Source: an uncultured Verrucomicrobiae bacterium (GTDB taxonomy: Bacteria > Verrucomicrobiota > Verrucomicrobiia > Chthoniobacterales > Chthoniobacteraceae). From it: DNA of 64,000 nt. Positions 60,678 through 64,000 of this stretch are shown piece by piece. The notes under the pieces were generated by a model that saw only the letters and a list, made by a program, of their open reading frames with translations, was not told the DNA's origin and made no database searches. The stretch spans positions 160,001-224,000 of the forward strand of contig CAVYKI010000006.1 of the NCBI GenBank assembly GCA_963769025.1, given 5' to 3'. A program made the position numbers and the translations under genes. How positions within the stretch are numbered: position 1 is the stretch's first letter; each line of letters begins with the position of its first letter.

Positions 60678-61280
60678 TCAGGCAAAGTTTCGCCGGAGAC
60701 AGGCTGCGAGGATGCGGGATTGTCCGTCGAGGTTGGGGACGGTGCTGTCATTCCAAATTACGTGGTCTGCTTTCTTTATTTTCTCACCCAGGTCGAGCTG
60801 GGATTCAATTATTCGCTGCGCGAGCTCCGGTGCAAGCCCTCGGTCGCGGGTCAGGCGCGAAAGTTGGGTTTCCCGATGGCAGGCTACGACGATGACACGG
60901 TCAAATTGCCCGGCTGTCCCTGTTTCGTAGAGCAGGGGAATGTCGATCAGCAGCCATGCGCCCCGCGCCGACGGTGCTTGGGCGAGGGCGGTCCAGCGGG
61001 CGCGGACGATGGGATGGAGGATGTTTTCAAGGGTCGTGCGCCGGTTCTCGTCATCGAAGACGAGTGAACGAAGCTTCGCGCGGCTGGGGCGGCCGTTCTC
61101 ATCGCAGGCGTCACGCCCGAATGCCTCGAAAATCGCATCGCGTACACCGTCGTCCGTCGCGAGCAGGTCATGCACGCAACGGTCGGAGTCGAAGTGCTCC
61201 ACCGGAATCTGCTCGCGCAGGCACCGGGTGAACGTGCTTTTTCCCGTGGCGATGCCGCCGGTGAGACCGAGGACAGGCAA
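60678..61280 (-). CDS. coaE: Dephospho-CoA kinase
   Basis: GLTGGIATGKST, LENILHP, DIPLLYE and ADHVIWN. TTG start. Confidence 0.95.
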   Translation of the reverse strand: MPVLGLTGGIATGKSTFTRCLREQIPVEHFDSDRCVHDLLATDDGVRDAIFEAFGRDACDENGRPSRAKLRSLVFDDENRRTTLENILHPIVRARWTALAQAPSARGAWLLIDIPLLYETGTAGQFDRVIVVACHRETQLSRLTRDRGLAPELAQRIIESQLDLGEKIKKADHVIWNDSTVPNLDGQSRILAACLRRNFA

Positions 61281-61296
61281 GGGGAAGGAGCCCCGC

Positions 61297-64000
61297 TCAG
61301 CGTTCGTAGCGTCGGGCGGCCGGGTTCAACACACCGCCGGTGGCAGGCGCGGTGGTCTGGATTGCCCGGTAATGGGTGGTCTCCAAGGGGCGGTAGGTCT
61401 TGCCTCCGATGTCAGGCAGCATCGGTGGAGCGATTTCCGGCAGCGGCAGCGCCTCCACGGATTCTTCCTTTTCCTCGTCCGAAGTAATCGGCGCACCCTC
61501 GGGATTCACGAGTCTGGCCGTCACGAAAATGACGAGGTTTTTCTTGATGTGCTGGTCCACATTCGAGCGGAACAGGCGTCCGACGAGCGGGATGTCTCCC
61601 AAGATCGGCGTCTTGTCCTCGACCTTCTGGACGTCCTCTCGCACGAGTCCGCCAAGGACGACCGTCGCACCGTCAAATACCGTCACATTCGTGCTGACCT
61701 TGCGGGTGCTGAAGATCGGCTGGTTGATGACGTTGGGCGTGAGGACGTTGCGTGGTTGTCGCACCGGTGAGCGGGTTGGTGCTCGTGGTCTGAATCGGGC
61801 TTCCGTAGTTGATGAAGCCTTCGAATTCGACGACTTGCGGCGCGAGCTGCATGTCGATCGAGTAGCCATCGGGGCCGATCGTGGGCTCCACTTCGAGCGT
61901 CACACCGACATCGCGCTTTTCAAACGCAGTGGGTGTCGTCGGCGTGACCGGGAAGGCGCTGCTGCTCGAGCCGCCGCCGCACAACCGTCGTGCCACCGCG
62001 TGTTGCCGAAGGTCTGCGGGATCTGCGGCTGCGAAAACTCCGTCGGATACTTGAATTCGCGAATCACTTCGACGATCGCGCGCTGGCCGCTCTTGGTGGT
62101 CACACGCGGAGCGGAAAGGAGATCCACGCCCTTCTTCTGGTTCAGGCCGCGCATGACGAGCTGGAATGTGGGGTCGGTGCCCGATCCGATGAGCGACGCG
62201 ATGCCGGGTGCGCAGGCTGCTCGATCCGGTTGTGCCGGCGAGCAGGGCGTCAATGGCGTTTGCGCCGATGGCGAGGGAGCCGCTGCGGTTGCCCGAGGTC
62301 ACCATGCTGTCGCCGGTGTTGGTATTGAAGGGGAAGTCCTGGGCGTTGAAGGTCCTCTGGTTTCCAGTGGTGCCGCCTCCGGTGAACACGTTGAAGTTAT
62401 CTGGGGATGTTCGACTGCCCGAGCATCCAGTCAAAACTGAGCTCCTTGGTGTTGGTCTGCGAGATTTCGACGAACTTCGCCTGAATCTCGACCTGTTTGA
62501 CGACATCGGACTGCTGGATTTCGATGATGCGCTCGACCAGATCGAGCTGATCCTGGGTGTTCTTGACGATCAGCGAGCTGCTCACCGGGCTATACATTGC
62601 GAACGCTCCCTGGTTGAACGTCACGCCTGATGCCGCGAGGAAGTCCTTCGCGTTCGATGCGCCGGCAGTTCCCGCCCCTTCCATGGGAGCGCCTCCGGGA
62701 GGCGCGCCGAGGCCGCCGCCGCCGAGGGCACCACCGCCACCACCGCCGCCGGGGCCTCCACGGAGCAGGCTCGGCGGCACTTTCCATTCCTTGATGAAGA
62801 GTTCCTCGGTGATCGAGCCAATGGGCACAATCTGCACCGCAAATGGTTCAACCTTGTATTTCAGATTCGCGAGGTTGGTGATATACTTGATGACCTCGAT
62901 GAGCGGGACATTGTTCAGCGTCAGCGTAATTCGCGTGCCGCTGCCTCCGCCAGCCGGGGCACCGCCGCCGCCGGGGACGCCGGGGATGCCGGGAATATTG
63001 TCGAGCCCGGGAATGCCGCCCGGAGCAGGGGCTGGCGCAGGCGCCGGAGCAGGCGCAGCGCCACCACCTTCGTCGCCGAGCTTGAGCACGATGTTCACGC
63101 CCTGGTTTTCGGCATCCAGACTCTTTGATTTTGTGACGAGAAACTCGATGGCTTCGCGCACGGTCGAGTCACGGAAGTCGATCTTCGGAAAGATGATGCT
63201 GTTGAGCTTCTTGTTGATCGCGACGGTGCTCGGCGCGGTCGTCTTCGTGTCCGACTTGATTTCGACGGCCTTGCGATCGAAGCGGCGGTGGGGGCGCGCC
63301 CATTCCTTGTCCACTTCCCACATCGCCTGGGCGCGCGCCGCATCGTATCCAGCGCGTGCCGAACGGTCCTTGAGCATCGCGATTTCTTCGCGGCCCCTGT
63401 AGGCCGATGTGTTGTAAGGATCCTTGTCCAAGATCTCCTGGTATTTCCGGTCTGAGAGATCGTAGCGCCCGAGGTTCTTGTGGCCTTCGGCCTGGATGAA
63501 CAGCTGCTTTACGTCCTCGACCTTTGCGCGGTGCTGCGGGGTCACCTGCTTGTTGAAGTAATCCGGCGCCTCGATGTTGGCGAGCAGCCGCGTGACCGAG
63601 CCTTTCACAAACGGCCCTGCCGCACGGTCCCCGGGGTTTTGCCGGAGCACTTCCTGCAAAATCTGCACGGCGCTCGCGTAGTAACCTTCCGTGACGCGCT
63701 GCTCGGCGAGGCGCATGCCGGCGATGGTCAGGCCATCCTCGGCGGCCTTGCGGCTCACGGCGAGCGCAGGTGCGCCGGGCGCGATGTTATCGCACGCGTT
63801 CTTGAAGTGCGCGAATGCCGCTTCGTAATCCTTCTTGCGCAGTGCGGCGTGACCCTTGGCGGTTTCCTCGCGTCCGAGCACCTCGCGCTGCAGCCGGCGG
63901 GCCATCTCGCGGTTGACGGCGGCTTCCGTCGGAGCCGCCTCCGAGATCTTGCGCCCACATCGCCGCGGGCTGGATGAGGATGCTTCCGATGACAAGGGGG
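61297..64000 (-). CDS. Secretin (GspD/PilQ family; Amuc_1098-like type IV pilus outer-membrane protein), 5' end outside window, frameshifted
   Basis: TPR-like N-region, KLNSIIFPKIDF, LNNVPL, QVEIQAKFVEI, LLSAPRVTT, VGVTLEVEP, PQVVEFEGFINYG and EDKTPILGDIPLVGRLFRS..LVIFVT. Confidence 0.9.

Noticed and set aside
60614..60751. Longer Rho N-terminus starting at 60751
   Set aside because: It would overlap the conserved coaE C-terminus by 74 nt; the ATG at 60613 is more parsimonious.
62690..63070. GC-rich short tandem repeats as CRISPR or VNTR
   Set aside because: They encode Gly/Pro/Ala linkers within the secretin and show no repeat-spacer periodicity.
1..64000. tRNA, rRNA, CRISPR array, IS or prophage genes
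   Set aside because: None were recognised by eye in intergenic regions or ORFs; tRNAscan-SE, cmscan and ISEScan would be needed to exclude them formally.

Overview
High-GC bacterial chromosome segment, most likely Verrucomicrobiota (Spartobacteria/Chthoniobacterales-like). This placement is inferred from an Amuc_1098-type secretin, PVC-style PQQ-repeat, prenyltransferase-repeat and YdjY genes, and a PVC-like spc operon. The centre (24.6-41.9 kb) is the str/S10/spc/alpha ribosomal superoperon. It has an exported coiled-coil protein gene inserted between rpsS and rplV, lacks rpsN, rpmD, adk and infA at their usual positions, and ends at an intrinsic terminator after rpsD with no rpoA-rplQ. The left arm carries hrpB, a GT2, hpt, a four-gene exported operon (2x prenyltransferase/squalene-oxidase repeat, NPCBM, YdjY), PQQ-repeat proteins, CotH, an M28 peptidase, accBC, glcF, a trypsin-like protease, fabF and a GT-C-like membrane gene. 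The right arm carries dnaB, rplI, a NahK-like kinase, corA, DUF58-[hicB-hicA]-BatA/VWA, YqeY, ispD, an M16 peptidase, a tandem alpha/beta hydrolase, an HTTM pair, rnd, rho, coaE and a partial secretin. Many essential genes show single-base frameshifts, best explained as long-read consensus errors. No rRNA, tRNA, CRISPR array or transposase was recognised. Several REP-like dyads and leaderless-type promoters were seen. All family assignments come from motif recognition by eye, not from database searches.
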